Part shown: positions 36,720-46,767 of the stretch, piece by piece
How positions within the stretch are numbered: position 1 is the stretch's first letter
Layout of the letters: each line of letters opens with the position of its first letter
Source: Candidatus Eiseniibacteriota bacterium
GTDB taxonomy: Bacteria > Eisenbacteria > RBG-16-71-46 > CAVPCR01
DNA length: 64,000 bases
Direction of reading: 5' to 3'
NCBI GenBank assembly: GCA_963823555.1
Contig: CAWGMA010000001.1
Coordinates: forward strand, 160,001-224,000
Made by a program: the position numbers and the translations under genes
The notes under the pieces: generated by a model
Told to the model about the DNA's origin: nothing
What the model saw: only the letters and a program-made list of their open reading frames with translations
The model's database searches: none

Positions 36720-38045
36720 ATGGCGCTCCGAACTCCCAGTCCAGTCGCCATCGCCAACGTGCTCCTGGCGCTCGACTCCCTGCGCGGGCACAAGTTTCGG
36801 GCCTTTCTCACCCTGCTCGGCATCATCATCGGCGTGGCGGCGGTGATCGGCATGATGGCGATCATCCAGGGTGTGCAGCAGAAGACCGAGCGTGAGATGA
36901 CGATTCTCCAGTCGAGCGTCTTCCAGGTGCAGAAGTGGCCCATGATTCGCACCGAGGGCGGGCATGGTGAGGAGCAGCGGCCGCGCCGCGACATCCTGCC
37001 GGAGTATGCCGAGGCGATTCGCGAGCGCTGCTCGGCGGTGACCCTGGTCGGCCCCGAGGTCTGGGAGTTCGGCATCTCGATCGCGGCCAACGGCCGCACC
37101 ACCGAGTCCAGCTTCGTCCTCGCCGGCTCCACTCCCGAGTTCTTTCCCAACAACGGCTACTACATCAACGAGGGGCGTGCCGTTTCCTATGCCGATGTCA
37201 GGGCCAACAGCCGGGTTGCCGTCATCGGCGCGCAGGTGGCCGAGGAGGTCTTCCCGCATATCGATCCCATCGGGCAGGAGATCGTGTTGCGGTTCCAGCC
37301 GTCAGCCTTCGGCGACGACGGGGACTTCACTGAGCTTGCAGCCGCCGAGCCGCCGCGCGCGATCTCGCATCGCTACCGGGTGATCGGCGTGATCGAGGAG
37401 GTCGGCCCCAAGTTCATGGGGCGTAACGAGGACAATCGAGTCGCGATTCCCCTGTCCACCTTCGAGGAGCTGTACGGCGGCCACCGCTCAGTCAACATCA
37501 CGATCCAGGCCCGGTCCCCGGAGCTGGTATCGCTCGCCATGGACCAGGTCACCGAGGTCATGCGCCGCGAGCGCGGCCTGCGCCCGAATGACGAGAACGA
37601 CTTCGAGTTCTATTCAACTCAGATGTCGATCGATTTCTTCAACAACAACACCCGCAATATCAAAGTGGCAGCAATCGCCATCTGCGCGATGAGCCTCCTC
37701 GTCGCCGGGATCGGCATCATGAACATCATGCTGGTGACCGTCCGCGAACGGACTCGCGAGATCGGCGTGCGCAAGGCGATCGGCGCCCGGCGCCGCGATA
37801 TCCTGCTGCAATTCGTGACCGAGGCCGTCGTGCTCTCCGAGGTGGGGGGCGTGATCGGGGTGGCCGCCGGGATCGGCCTGGCCGCGCTGGCGGCCCGCAT
37901 CGTGCCTTCCCTCGAGGCCGCGGTCCCGGTGTGGTCCGTGGTGCTGGGGCTCGTCTTCTGTTCCCTCGTGGGGCTGTTCTTCGGCATCTATCCCGCCGTG
38001 CGGGCGGCGCGGCTGGATCCCATCCTGGCGCTCCGCGACGAGTAG
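36720..38045 (+). CDS. MacB/FtsX-family ABC permease
   Basis: RAFLTLLGIIIG, GIGIMNIML.TV.ERTREIGVRKAIGA and PILALRDE. Confidence 0.9.
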   Translation: MALRTPSPVAIANVLLALDSLRGHKFRAFLTLLGIIIGVAAVIGMMAIIQGVQQKTEREMTILQSSVFQVQKWPMIRTEGGHGEEQRPRRDILPEYAEAIRERCSAVTLVGPEVWEFGISIAANGRTTESSFVLAGSTPEFFPNNGYYINEGRAVSYADVRANSRVAVIGAQVAEEVFPHIDPIGQEIVLRFQPSAFGDDGDFTELAAAEPPRAISHRYRVIGVIEEVGPKFMGRNEDNRVAIPLSTFEELYGGHRSVNITIQARSPELVSLAMDQVTEVMRRERGLRPNDENDFEFYSTQMSIDFFNNNTRNIKVAAIAICAMSLLVAGIGIMNIMLVTVRERTREIGVRKAIGARRRDILLQFVTEAVVLSEVGGVIGVAAGIGLAALAARIVPSLEAAVPVWSVVLGLVFCSLVGLFFGIYPAVRAARLDPILALRDE

Positions 38046-38081
38046 CGCTGGCAGGGGCCGGGGCGTATACTGCCGCCGCCG

Positions 38082-39284
38082 ATGTCCCTGAACCCAAGCC
38101 CGGAAGAGAGAGCAGCCGGCCAGGCGGCTGACTCTGAGGCGCCATCTCCTGGTAGTGCCTCACCCAGCGCCGCCGACGAGCGCAGGGGGAGCGCGCCGAC
38201 CGAGTCGGCGATCTCGGGCGTGGCCTTCTTTCGCCAGCGCGCCTTCGCCTTCGGATTCGGCATCATCTCGCTGCTCCTCCTGGTTCTCCTGCTGTTGATC
38301 CTCAGGCCAGTGGCCCGCCCGATCCTGTGGGCGATCGCCCTGGCGACGCTGTTCTATCCGCTGCACCAGCGCGTGCTCAAGCTGACCGGCGGGCGAACGA
38401 TCCTGGCCGCAGTCATCTCGACCGTTCTCTCCATCGCCATCTTCCTCGTCCCAGCCCTTGCCTTCATCTCGAGCTTTCTCGCCGAGCTCAAGAACCTGTG
38501 GCCTGCCGTGCGCACCCACCTCGGCCCCGAAACCTTCGAGCGCCTCGCCATCTTCCTCGACGGGTCACCGCTGCGGCCAGTGATCCCCTGGTTCTTCCCG
38601 GATCAGCCCTATGTCGGCGCCGAGACCATCGAGGCAGCGCTCCGCGCCCTCCTCTCCAGCTTCTCTGCTTTCGCCATCGACCAGCTCGAGACCCTGGGGC
38701 GCACCGCCCCGGCCGAGGCCGTGTCCTGGATCATGACCGTGATCACCTACTACTTCCTTCTCTGCAATGGGCCCGGCTGGGTGAAGCAGGTCAAGGAGGC
38801 CATGCCGCTCGAGCGCGAGCATGCCGATAACCTCTTCCATATCACGGCTGTCACCATCAACGCGGTCTTTCGCGGCGTGATCCTGACCGCGGCCGTGCAG
38901 GCGTTTCTCGCCGGCATCGGGTTCTGGTTGGCCGGAGCCCCGGCGGCCGTCGTGCTCGCCGGTATCACCTTCATCGCAGCGCTGATTCCCCTCGTCGGCC
39001 CCGTCGCCGTGTGGCTGCCGGTTGGGATCGCGATCCTCGCCTCGGGGCGGCTCGCGGCCGGCGTCGGGCTCTTGCTGTGGGGGGGGCTGGTCGTGAGCAT
39101 GGTCGACAATTTCCTGCGTCCCCTCGTGATCGGTCACGAGACCAAGCTGCCCGTGCTCTGGCTTTTCCTGACCATCCTCGGTGGCCTCAAGGCCTTTGGA
39201 TTCCTCGGTATCCTGCTCGGGCCGATCGCGCTCTCGCTCTTCCTTGCCTGCATCCGCATCTACTCCGAGGGCCGCCGCGCCTGA
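38082..39284 (+). CDS. AI-2E family transporter
   Basis: Multi-TM protein with DNFLRP and FGFLGILLGP. Confidence 0.85.
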   Translation: MSLNPSPEERAAGQAADSEAPSPGSASPSAADERRGSAPTESAISGVAFFRQRAFAFGFGIISLLLLVLLLLILRPVARPILWAIALATLFYPLHQRVLKLTGGRTILAAVISTVLSIAIFLVPALAFISSFLAELKNLWPAVRTHLGPETFERLAIFLDGSPLRPVIPWFFPDQPYVGAETIEAALRALLSSFSAFAIDQLETLGRTAPAEAVSWIMTVITYYFLLCNGPGWVKQVKEAMPLEREHADNLFHITAVTINAVFRGVILTAAVQAFLAGIGFWLAGAPAAVVLAGITFIAALIPLVGPVAVWLPVGIAILASGRLAAGVGLLLWGGLVVSMVDNFLRPLVIGHETKLPVLWLFLTILGGLKAFGFLGILLGPIALSLFLACIRIYSEGRRA

Positions 39285-39347
39285 GCGGGGCGGCGCAGCG
39301 CGGCGGCACCTGATCCTCGTCACTCTGTGGTGCGCGTTCGGCGGGTT

Positions 39348-42300
39348 CTATCTCGCTCCGGCCGCCTGGAGCGCCGGGGGCAGGTCGGCCAGGGGTGTTG
39401 GCGAGTCATCGGCCGGTGGGGCCGGGCTCCCATCGAGGATGAGAGGCGTCAGGGCGGGGCCGAGAATCCTCACGATCTGGGTGGGCAAGGAGCTCGTGAA
39501 GCCGTAATCGGCGGCCTCCGCCCCGGACACGTAGGCGGTCACGACCCCGAAGAAGCGGTTGCCGATGAAGAAGGCGAAGCTCGCCGTCCGGCTCACGACC
39601 CGGGAGTCGATGAGACGGCCGCCGCGCGCAAAGCTCTTCACGCGGTTGTCGCCTGATCCGGTCTTGCCTCCGATCGGGACGATCTCCCCGTCAGCGGTCT
39701 TGATCGCTCCGTGGGCGCGGCGGGCGGTTCCGTTCTCGACCACGTCGAGGAGACAAGGCCGGAGCGCTGCTGCCACCGCGGGCGGCATCACCTGCTCTCC
39801 AGGCGTCAAGTCGCGCGTGAAGTGCGTTTCATAGGGAGTTCCGACCGCGAACTCGAGGCTCTTCATTCGCTGCATCGGCACCCGTTCGCCATCCCGCAAG
39901 ATGATGCCGATCAACTCGGCGAGTGCCGTTGGGCGGTCGGCGGAGCTTCCGATCGCGGTGGCCAGCGAGGGGACGAGGGAGCCGAACGGATAACCGAGCC
40001 GCTGCCAGACTTCATGGATCTGCTCGAAGGACTTGGCCTCGAGCAGGATGCGAATCCGCACATCCTGTGCTCGCTTGGCTCGGCGCGAGTAGAGCCAGGC
40101 ATAGCTCTCCTCTGCGGGTGGTGCGCTGGCCTCGGCGAATTCCGGCCACTCGACCTCCGGCTCCTGGATCATGGTGGCGGCCGTCCATATCTCGAGCGCA
40201 TGGACCTGGGCGAGATAGGCCGCGTCCTGGAGGTTCAGCTGCGATCGCCCATATCGCTGCGCAAGGCGGAGAACAGCGAGGGAATCGGGAGCCGCCTCTC
40301 CGAGCGCGGCCCTGGCCACCGTGGCCAGCGCCGCGGGTGGCGAATCGGGGCCGTTCAGGTAGTAGTGGAAGATGGCAAGGTTGCGGGCCGAGAGGCGGCG
40401 GCCAAAGAGACTCGCCGCCGCTTCGGCTTCAGACTTGCCGCGGTAGCGATGGTAGTACCGCCACAGGAGCTTGTGGCTCTCATGGGCCACGAACTCATCG
40501 AGCAAGGCCTTGCGCACGGGGTCGTTGCGGTCACGGAAGATCGCCTCCTCGTCGTACCCGAGTTTCGCCTGGTGGTACTTGACGATCTCCCGCATGAGTC
40601 GAATGAAGACCAGGTTCACGGAGTTACGCAGGCCCACGCGCAAGGTCATGATGCGGTCGTTGTCGTCCCGGTTGAAGTTGACGAACGTGTGGAGTCCGCC
40701 ACCGGTGAAGAAGCTCTCGTGTGGGCTCGCCGAGAAACGACGGTCGAGGCTCGCTGCGATCACCTCTTCCAGGGTGGCCGCCGGGTGTTCGGCCAGGAAG
40801 CCATTGACCCAGCGGGTCAGGGGATCCTTCGCTTGGGCCGCCCGCTCGGCGAACTCGGCGCTCATCGTGACGCCAGCCGCGGGCTCGGTCGCCGGCACCG
40901 ACTCCCGGGCCGGCGCGGTCCCTTCCGGGAGGTCCGGTACCGCGCTGTACGGAGATAGGGCCTCGCGTGTGGTCTCATCCTCGCTCATCGCGTCGGCGGT
41001 CGCCTCATTGGCCGCTTCCTCCTCCGGGGCCGGGTCCGTGCTCGCGCCGGCTCGGATGGTGTCCAGATCCGTGCTGGCCTGCTCGGTGTCGTGCCCGGCA
41101 CCGACCACGGGGGTCGTGCCGAGGGAATCGAGTCCGGTCTCCGCTCCCAGCCCGACGACCGGCGGCCCGCCCTGCTCGCGGGCATAGATCTCGGCAATGA
41201 CCATCAGGTAGTGGGTGAGGGTTCGCAGCTTCGCTGTCGAACCAAGATCGAGCTTCATCCCATCGTTGACATCGAACGGCTGACCGAGATTGTCGGCCTG
41301 GACGCGAACCACATTGGCTTCCGGCAGGCACTCATAAAGAGTGAAGCTGTAGATGACGCGTGATGGATCGCCGGATTCGAGCAGGCGCGGGGCCCGCAGG
41401 CCTTCGCGCGCCACGACGTCGGGATCGGTGAGTCGAGCGAGTTCCGCAGTCACCTTGCGTTGGGTGTCGCCATCGATGGTCGTACTCGCACTCAGGTCGA
41501 GCCGATCCAGCTTGTAGAAGCTGCTCTCATCGAGGAGAGCCAGTAGTTGAGACCGCACGGCGTTGGCCGCTTTACGTTCGGCAAACGGCGGAGTCGGGAG
41601 CGGTGGAGCCTGTGCATTGAAATCGAGCCGTACGGCACGCGCCGCGTCGCGCGTACCGGGGGAGATCACGCCGGCCGTGGCCATCAGGCCGAGATGAACA
41701 TCGACCAGCCGCTCGAGCTCATCGCGATCCCGCAGGAGATAGTCTGATGGTGCGCGGTTGGCGATGAGTAGAGCGACGATCTCGCGCAGCGTCCGGGCGT
41801 GCCGCTCGCCCCCCGGACCGGCCATGGGCTCGGCCAGATCGGCCTTGATCTGGGCGATGTCCTTCCCGAACCAGCCCCACATGGCTTCGCCGAGACCGTT
41901 GACTTCCCCGTAGCCGGGGACGGCCGCCAGCGGCATCGTGTTCAGATAGTTGAGAACGATGCGCCGGCGCTCCGCGCGCGTGTCCATGCCATTACGATAG
42001 GCGCGAACGCTGGCCGATGTGATTTGCTTCAGCTTCTCCGTCGGCGAGCTGGTCAATCCCGCCGCCGAGTGCCGGTACTTTTCGATCTGCGTGGCCAGGG
42101 TGCTCCCGCCTTGCACCGAGGATGCCACTCCCACTTCCTTGCCCAGGTACATGAACATGACATGGGCCAGACGATCCCACTCCACGGCGGGGTTGCGGTA
42201 GGGAAAGTCGTCGATGAAGAGCTCCCGGTTCTCGACGAACAGGAGCATGGCCACGATTGGATCCGGGATGTCTTCGATCGTGGTGAACTGATGGCGGCGA

Positions 42301-42794
42301 TTGGTCCCGTCGAATGTGATCAATCCATTGCGGTCGACGAGGCGGAGGCCGACGACATGCTTTTCCTCGTAGGGTGGGTTGAGGCCGAGCCCGGCGAAGG
42401 TGAGGAGGGTCGGAGAGAAACGCGCCTGGCGGGTGATACGAAACCCCTTGGCGGTCAGGTTCTTGCTGTAGGTGTCGAGCTGCGTGTAGCCCTGGCGCTG
42501 GTCCGCCGGCCCGTGGGGCAAGATGAGAGAGAAACTGGGGCCTTCAGCCACGACATAGCTGAGTCGACCGGCGAGTCTGGAGAAGAGCAGCGCCTGGAGC
42601 CGCGAAGTACTGGCTTCATAGGCGATGCCGACGGCGAGCAGGACGATGAGGAAGATGGGAATCAAGAGCGCGGAGCCGAGACGCAGGGCGCGTGCCCACC
42701 GCCGGGCGGCCGTGCTCCTTTCGGGAACGGATCCCGCAGGCCGCGGGCGCGGTGCCGGGGCGGCTTCTTCGTGGGCTGTGCGCCAGGACTTCAT
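39348..42794 (-). CDS. Large class A-like penicillin-binding protein (transglycosylase + transpeptidase)
   Basis: TM, GGSTLATQIEK, STAK (SxxK), SVN and KTG; start uncertain (42794 or 42890). Confidence 0.8.
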   Translation of the reverse strand: MKSWRTAHEEAAPAPRPRPAGSVPERSTAARRWARALRLGSALLIPIFLIVLLAVGIAYEASTSRLQALLFSRLAGRLSYVVAEGPSFSLILPHGPADQRQGYTQLDTYSKNLTAKGFRITRQARFSPTLLTFAGLGLNPPYEEKHVVGLRLVDRNGLITFDGTNRRHQFTTIEDIPDPIVAMLLFVENRELFIDDFPYRNPAVEWDRLAHVMFMYLGKEVGVASSVQGGSTLATQIEKYRHSAAGLTSSPTEKLKQITSASVRAYRNGMDTRAERRRIVLNYLNTMPLAAVPGYGEVNGLGEAMWGWFGKDIAQIKADLAEPMAGPGGERHARTLREIVALLIANRAPSDYLLRDRDELERLVDVHLGLMATAGVISPGTRDAARAVRLDFNAQAPPLPTPPFAERKAANAVRSQLLALLDESSFYKLDRLDLSASTTIDGDTQRKVTAELARLTDPDVVAREGLRAPRLLESGDPSRVIYSFTLYECLPEANVVRVQADNLGQPFDVNDGMKLDLGSTAKLRTLTHYLMVIAEIYAREQGGPPVVGLGAETGLDSLGTTPVVGAGHDTEQASTDLDTIRAGASTDPAPEEEAANEATADAMSEDETTREALSPYSAVPDLPEGTAPARESVPATEPAAGVTMSAEFAERAAQAKDPLTRWVNGFLAEHPAATLEEVIAASLDRRFSASPHESFFTGGGLHTFVNFNRDDNDRIMTLRVGLRNSVNLVFIRLMREIVKYHQAKLGYDEEAIFRDRNDPVRKALLDEFVAHESHKLLWRYYHRYRGKSEAEAAASLFGRRLSARNLAIFHYYLNGPDSPPAALATVARAALGEAAPDSLAVLRLAQRYGRSQLNLQDAAYLAQVHALEIWTAATMIQEPEVEWPEFAEASAPPAEESYAWLYSRRAKRAQDVRIRILLEAKSFEQIHEVWQRLGYPFGSLVPSLATAIGSSADRPTALAELIGIILRDGERVPMQRMKSLEFAVGTPYETHFTRDLTPGEQVMPPAVAAALRPCLLDVVENGTARRAHGAIKTADGEIVPIGGKTGSGDNRVKSFARGGRLIDSRVVSRTASFAFFIGNRFFGVVTAYVSGAEAADYGFTSSLPTQIVRILGPALTPLILDGSPAPPADDSPTPLADLPPALQAAGAR

Positions 42795-43263
42795 CGGTTT
42801 CCAGTCGGGTGCGACGATCAGGCTCGACGCTGCTTGAGCAGCCTGACGGCCGTCCGAGCTCTCTCTCTCTCTCCGTCCCCAGTTCGGCATCGGAGGAAGC
42901 ACTGGCGCCGCATGCGCCGCAACCCCCAAGGCTGAGATTCTGGCACGGACGCCCGCCGGGGGAATCCACGGCTTGAGGCTCGCCCCCGATCGGCCCAAGC
43001 TCCCTCTTACTTGCTAGTTATCGGCTTCTGGCGGCGCGAGTATACTCCTCTCCAATGGCGTGGGCTGAGAACTTGGCATGGGTCCAAACGCGGTGCAGCG
43101 ACCGCTCATCCTGGACCGCGACCCCGCCTCACTCGCTATCAGGCCATCCGGTGGCATCCGCAGGCGTCGACCTCAGCCCGGTCGCGCGCCGCGTCCGTGA
43201 TGGGAGACAAGTTGTTGGTCACTGCGGCGCTGTCGAGCAGCTTTGTCGTGGGGCGTTTACTTC

Positions 43264-43292
43264 TTGACAGCGTCAGGCGCCGTACTTAGCCT
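43264..43292 (+). promoter_or_regulatory. Sigma70 promoter
   Basis: TTGACA-17nt-TAGCCT. Confidence 0.55.
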
Positions 43293-43356
43293 TCGACTGT
43301 AGCCACCACACAAGCCTCATGTCGCCCAGTGACAGGCACCTACCAAGGAGATATGG

Positions 43357-43794
43357 ATGTCGACTGCGACCCAGATCGAACAGCTGGCCACCGGTCTCTC
43401 GAGTGAAATCGAGGAGCTCGAGAGGTTGTATGGCAGGTTGCCCGATGTCATCGCCAAGAAACGAGCTCAACTATCGAAATTGCAGGAAGTTGCCAAGATC
43501 ATGGGGGAGGGCGCCGACACCGACGACGACATCTTGGCAAGCCTGATGGGACTTTCCTCGGTCGGCCCACGTGTCGTTGCCAGTCGCAAGTCACGCGGGC
43601 CGACGTTGCCGACCCGTGTCATGACTCTGATCTCGGCAGCCGGTCCACACGGCATGCAGTTCAAGCAGATTCTCGGCAAGCTCGAGGAGGCAACGGGCGG
43701 GGAGATCAACCGCAGCCACCTCACGACAACCCTCAAGAGACTGGTCGACCGGCGAAAGATCGAGAAGATTGCGGACCGGTTCCGCGTCGCGTAA
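43357..43794 (+). CDS. Small protein with an N-terminal coiled coil and a probable C-terminal winged HTH
   Basis: AAGGAG RBS; heptad-like N-terminus; GPHGMQFKQI...LTTTLKRLVDRRKIEK C-terminus. Confidence 0.65.
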   Translation: MSTATQIEQLATGLSSEIEELERLYGRLPDVIAKKRAQLSKLQEVAKIMGEGADTDDDILASLMGLSSVGPRVVASRKSRGPTLPTRVMTLISAAGPHGMQFKQILGKLEEATGGEINRSHLTTTLKRLVDRRKIEKIADRFRVA

Positions 43795-43892
43795 CACCAT
43801 GCCGGCTCCGGCCGGTTTGGATGGTCCCTCGCCGGCAGTCGCCTCTGCGGTTCAGATCGGGAGCGCCGCGTGCCTCGCCGTGAGACACGAGC

Positions 43893-45833
43893 TCAAAGGA
43901 CCGACGACATGCGACGGGCCGGTCGCCTGGCTTCGCTCCCCTCCCAGAAGTCGATGTTCTTCAAGATCTCCTGGATGGCGGCCAGGGGGTCCAGAGGAGA
44001 AACTAGTCTCCTGAGTTCGCGGATGCGCGGCAACTCATCCGCGGTATAGAGTTTCTCTTCCTTTCGGGTCCCGGACAAACGTACATCCACCGCCGGCCAG
44101 ATGCGCATGTCGGCGATCGTCCGGTCGAGGACCATCTCCATGTTCCCGGTGCCCTTGAACTCCTGGAAGATCACCTCGTCCATGCGTGATCCGGTGTCGA
44201 TGAGCGCCGTCGCGATAATGGTGAGACTTCCGCCATGTTCGATATTGCGAGCTGCACCGAAGATGCGCTTGGGGCGTTCCAGGGCCCGCGAGTCGATGCC
44301 GCCGGACAGGGTGCGACCCGAATTCCCCGTCTCGCGATTGTAGGCGCGTCCCAGGCGGGTGAGCGAATCGAGGAAGATGACCACGTCGTGACCGAACTCG
44401 ACCTCGCGGCGGGATTGCTCGAGGACCAACTCGGCGACGCGGACGTGGGCATCCGAATTCATGTCGCTGGAGGATGCCACCACCTCGCCGCGGACGGTAC
44501 GTTTCATGTCGGTCACTTCTTCCGGACGCTCGTCGATGAGCAGCACCTTGAGCACGACCTCGGGATGATTCTCCGAGATGCCATGTGCCATGTGCTGCAG
44601 GAGCACGGTCTTTCCGGTGCGAGGCGGAGCCACGATTAGGGCGCGCTGGCCCTTTCCGATCGGTGTCACCAGATCGACGACGCGTGTGGTCATCGGCTCC
44701 TGGCCGGTGGCGAAGCGCAGGCGCTCGTCGGGATCTGTCGGTGTCAGATCCTCGAGTGGAGTGAGACGCTCGTAGACATCGATCGGATGGCCATTGATCG
44801 CATCGATGCGTGTCAGCTCGAGCCCGCCGTTGCGCGTCGGGCTGACGCCACCTGACAGCCGCAGCCCCTCACGCAGCTTTGCGTCGCGAATGAGGGCGGG
44901 CGGTACGAACACATCATCCGGGGTCGGGTGATACATCCGCCGTGTCAGGCGCAGGAAGCCGAATCCCCGATCAGACAGCTCGAGCACTCCCTCTGCCTCT
45001 CCGGTTATCTCGCGGGGAATGCGCGGGCCTGAGCTGGGAATGCGGCTCGGAGCGCGATCTCGTGGTGCTTGCGAAGACCTGCCTTTCGGCCGTGGCGATG
45101 AACGATCGCCCCTGGCGTCACGCCGCCGGCCATCACGAACGGAGGACTCAGGACCACCGCGTCTCGGCCCGGGTCCCCATAGCTTGTTGCCATAGTCATC
45201 AGGGAACCGGTCGGGGCCATGTTGCCCTCGTCCCGGCGCGGAGTTCGCGTGGCGGCGCAGGTGTCCCGGCGCGGACCGGGTCCCGGGATCGCCGCTCGCG
45301 CCCTGCGGGTGGCGGCGGGGGCGGCCCCGGTTCTGCGTTCCCCGGGGTTCGTTCCAAGGGCGATCGCCTTCGTTCCGTCGGTTGTTGCCGAACCGGGGCG
45401 CGGTGTTGCCGGAGAGTCCGCGGTTGTCGGGCCGTTGCCGTCTTCCCGGGCGTCGTCCAGGTCGTCGATCCGCGCTGCTCTGATCAGGACCTCGACGCGA
45501 GTCACCCGCGGTGTGGTGCGGGGCGCGGCTCGATGGGCGACGGCGGGGTGGACGTTCGTCCGTCCTCGTCCCTGTCGGATGTCGGCCGGCGGCTGGACGG
45601 TGGGGCTCGCCGTCCCGGCTTGTCTTGCGGCGAGTTCTTGACCTCTCCGGTCGGCGCTGGCGCGGCCTCATGTCCGCCTCGGCGCTGGCGCGCGGAGTTG
45701 GGCCGAGTCCGTTCTCTTCATTTCGAGCTTCGGCCGCGTCTTTCTTGAGCGGCCGCGGGTCGGCCGCTTCATCATCGGCCCGGGGTGCTGAGCCACGGGA
45801 GCGGCGCCCCCAGGCACGCGATGCCTTCGTCAT
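43893..45833 (-). CDS. rho: Transcription termination factor Rho with a long Arg-rich N-terminal extension
   Basis: [28 protein letters not shown] and FKGTGN; AAGGAGG RBS. Confidence 0.95.
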   Translation of the reverse strand: MTKASRAWGRRSRGSAPRADDEAADPRPLKKDAAEARNEENGLGPTPRASAEADMRPRQRRPERSRTRRKTSRDGEPHRPAAGRHPTGTRTDERPPRRRPSSRAPHHTAGDSRRGPDQSSADRRPGRRPGRRQRPDNRGLSGNTAPRFGNNRRNEGDRPWNEPRGTQNRGRPRRHPQGASGDPGTRSAPGHLRRHANSAPGRGQHGPDRFPDDYGNKLWGPGPRRGGPESSVRDGRRRDARGDRSSPRPKGRSSQAPRDRAPSRIPSSGPRIPREITGEAEGVLELSDRGFGFLRLTRRMYHPTPDDVFVPPALIRDAKLREGLRLSGGVSPTRNGGLELTRIDAINGHPIDVYERLTPLEDLTPTDPDERLRFATGQEPMTTRVVDLVTPIGKGQRALIVAPPRTGKTVLLQHMAHGISENHPEVVLKVLLIDERPEEVTDMKRTVRGEVVASSSDMNSDAHVRVAELVLEQSRREVEFGHDVVIFLDSLTRLGRAYNRETGNSGRTLSGGIDSRALERPKRIFGAARNIEHGGSLTIIATALIDTGSRMDEVIFQEFKGTGNMEMVLDRTIADMRIWPAVDVRLSGTRKEEKLYTADELPRIRELRRLVSPLDPLAAIQEILKNIDFWEGSEARRPARRMSSVL

Positions 45834-46587
45834 TCCGAGATTTCCTCCTTGAGCCCGGCCTGGTGCCGACTTGGTCGAGTGCTGCTTCCAGGACGGAACG
45901 ACACGCGATTTCGCGCGGTAGCCGAGCTGCGGCTCCGAGCGGCCGCCATTTCGGCGCATTCAAACAGGCGATGCCTGATATCGACTTGGCCCTCGGGGAT
46001 TCTCGCGTTCCCCGCTCATCTCCTGCCTGCGGTGCTGACGTTGATCAGGGGCGTTGCCGGCGGCCCGTGGTGCGAGCGCCAGCCAGTTGCTAGTCCAGGA
46101 CCCATGACTCCGTGTCGTGCCGCTTCGAGCCTGTCGAAGAAGTGGAGCGCGGACTGGTTCGGTTCTCACTGCCGATGCAACGACGCGGTGGTGCTCAACC
46201 GGCTGATCTGGGGGAGGTGGCTAGCCAGGAGCCGTTAGCTTGCGTCATTCGGGGTTCTTGGTTCCGGCAGGTATGTCCGCTCCCGGACCTTCTTCAGAGA
46301 CGAGTGATCCCTTCGCGGATTCTCCGCTGATCCTACGCCAAAGTCTTCGAGCCTGGCGAGTCGATTCTCGCTGGCCCGGTTCTCCTAGCTCGCCATCCGT
46401 TGACTGGCGGGTTGACCTGCTCGTTCACTCCCGCCTGGATCTGGAAGCCGGGGCCTTCGGTGCTTCTCTCAGACTGGACGCGTCTGGCAGGGGCCAGGTG
46501 CCGCGGCGTCTGCTGCATCGCGCCGGATGGCCGGGGATGCGGGCAAGATCCCGTGGGGCGGATGACAGCCCCGGTGGCGAGGACTTG

Positions 46588-46617
46588 AATGTATCTGCTG
46601 CGACGACGGCTTGTCAA
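46588..46617 (-). promoter_or_regulatory. Sigma70-type promoter about 750 nt upstream of rho
   Basis: TTGACA-18nt-TACATT on the minus strand. Confidence 0.5.
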
Positions 46618-46767
46618 TGACTGATCGGGGAGGCCCTGGCGGCAGGCCGGGTGCCCGTACCTTGACAATCCGGGAGGTGGTCGCGACCATGGCCCTCTGG
46701 ATTCGTCATGTGCCGCCTTGATGATGCGCGCCGGCACGACTTTCCCCGGCTTCGCGGAGACCATTTC

